From NCBI GenBank assembly GCA_976226885.1, contig OZ320314.1, forward strand, positions 97,030,001-97,094,000: a stretch of DNA of 64,000 nt, given 5' to 3'. Positions 62,401-64,000 of the stretch are shown here, piece by piece (within the stretch, counting starts at the first letter, position 1; each line of letters opens with the position of its first letter). A model generated the notes under the pieces. It was given only the letters and a program-made list of their open reading frames with translations, was not told the DNA's origin and searched no databases. The translations under genes were made by a program, and so were the position numbers. Origin of the DNA: Iphione sp. A-MEVVRFRX5 (lineage: Eukaryota).

Positions 62401-64000
62401 TTTCTCTCTGTCTCCACATGATCCTCTTTTGTGTTAGTTGGCTTCCGGAGCAAGACTGCCTGTAAGTGAAGGAGTATGGAATGAGAATTACGAAGCTATG
62501 GGATTTAAACTCCGACCAGGATTCATGCTTCCTGGAATGCGTCAGATCTCAGCAACAGCCGCCGAGTCGCCTTTTGACATTTCGTACGCCTCCAGACGCC
62601 CGTCTCCCCCTTTCGCCCATCCCGCTGCAAACTACCTCCCCATCCCATCATCAATACGGCCGCCGGCGGTCCTGGGACCAGTCGGCCGTGAACCTTGACC
62701 TGTTGCCCTATCGATCCCTCCCGGGGCCCCAGACCCCGAAGGGCCCCGAGGACGTCTTCGGCACGTCAGTGGTTATTAATTAGTTGATTGGCAGCCGGAA
62801 AATATTAGGTTTTGTCAGGGAATGTGGGGTAGGGCAGTGGGAGTTCTTCTCTCCGCCTAGTCTCTCGGTTATAGCCTCCATGGACCCTGGCACGTATCTA
62901 ATGGATGGTCGAGGTCGGTAAAATAATGCAAAGACGCTGTCCTGAGGGGTAATCTTCCGCCAGAGCGGGCTGCGATGAACGGTGAGGTGGTGCGGATTGC
63001 AGGCAATGAAAAGTCCCTTCTCTCCGGGTCTCCTGTTTGCACGGTAGGGTCAATTTTGACTCCTTGTCTAGTTTTTGTGCGGGGATCACTTCCGTCTAGA
63101 GACCTGTTGAAAAGAGGATTAGATTGCGTGGAGGTAACTATAATCAGTTACCTCCATATTCAGTATCAGGACGTAAATCAGATGCCTTCCTTTACCACCA
63201 CAACGTGAATCTACCAAAGCAAGTTGATGGCCGTCTTTTGTGTTCCACATATAATCTACATTTGTCGATTTTTTTTTTACTCTAAGCAGTTTTCACTTTT
63301 GGCACGGATATGTCCGAGAAAAGATATATGTGGTGAATGGCTTTATACAGGAACAAAAAATTCTTCTTCTAACGGTTAGTGCTCATGAGTGCGGGACTTG
63401 TGTTTTCATTTGTATTCCTATATAGCTCCAGCTGCGGTAATCGTAGTAGAAACTAGAAGGGTTGTACTGAATCTGTTTGCTAATGAAAGCCCAGATGGTG
63501 ATGTCGTTCCCGAACTAATCATGCCGAGTAATGAAGACGAAGAGACTATCGATCTACAAGGGTGGAAACATAACACAGGGCATCGCCTCGATTTAACGAA
63601 GGCTGCTGGGGAGAGGACACCCGCTGAACACATGCCGGGCACGTGCCTACCGAGAGACGGTACACTCACACATACACATACATTACATACGGACGCGCAT
63701 TAGAGCTTGCATATAGGCTGCTGCGGGCGTATGCTGCCGTTACGCAATCTCTTGATGACTCACCCATCATCCAGCGAATGCAAACATTCCCTCCTGCGAG
63801 CATACAGACATCTGTGTGAACATTCTCCGAACGCGAACAAACTGATTCATTTTTAATGATGAAACAACTAGCCGTGTTATTCTAAGGTCGCCATGTGTGT
63901 ATATGCGTGTCTGGCTGTGCATGCATGTGTGGGTGTACGTGTATGTATGCGTGTGTGTGTCTGCTGAGAGTGATGAGTAGGTCAGTGACCTTCTCTACAT

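Overview
Eukaryotic (invertebrate-like, TACATGTA-rich) genomic DNA. It contains one complete, apparently intact endogenous Maverick/Polinton (adintovirus-like dsDNA virus) at 5794-29646, about 23.9 kb including a 148-N gap. The element starts with AGTAGT and ends with ACTACT, has a 49-bp perfect terminal inverted repeat and a perfect 6-bp target-site duplication (ATTAGC). The core module is uninterrupted: protein-primed DNA polymerase B, A32-like packaging ATPase, two small conserved-type ORFs, DDE integrase with chromodomain, minor capsid, basic core protein, major capsid and adenain protease. Three points are not visible in the ORF track. (1) The polymerase ends in a NADAR/YbiA-family domain, a family that includes guanine-DNA ADP-ribosylhydrolases. 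(2) The polymerase ORF has no ATG start and is joined in frame to four upstream exons through four phase-0 GT-AG introns. (3) Four accessory genes also appear spliced: two divergent mucin-like type-I membrane proteins with tyrosine motifs in their tails, a SOCS-box-like protein and an orphan. The left end carries three copies of a composite E2F/CHR-like element. The flanks (1-5787, 29653-64000) look like non-coding host DNA with microsatellites, decayed coding-like fragments and at most weak exon candidates. All domain calls come from motif recognition by eye; no database searches were run.
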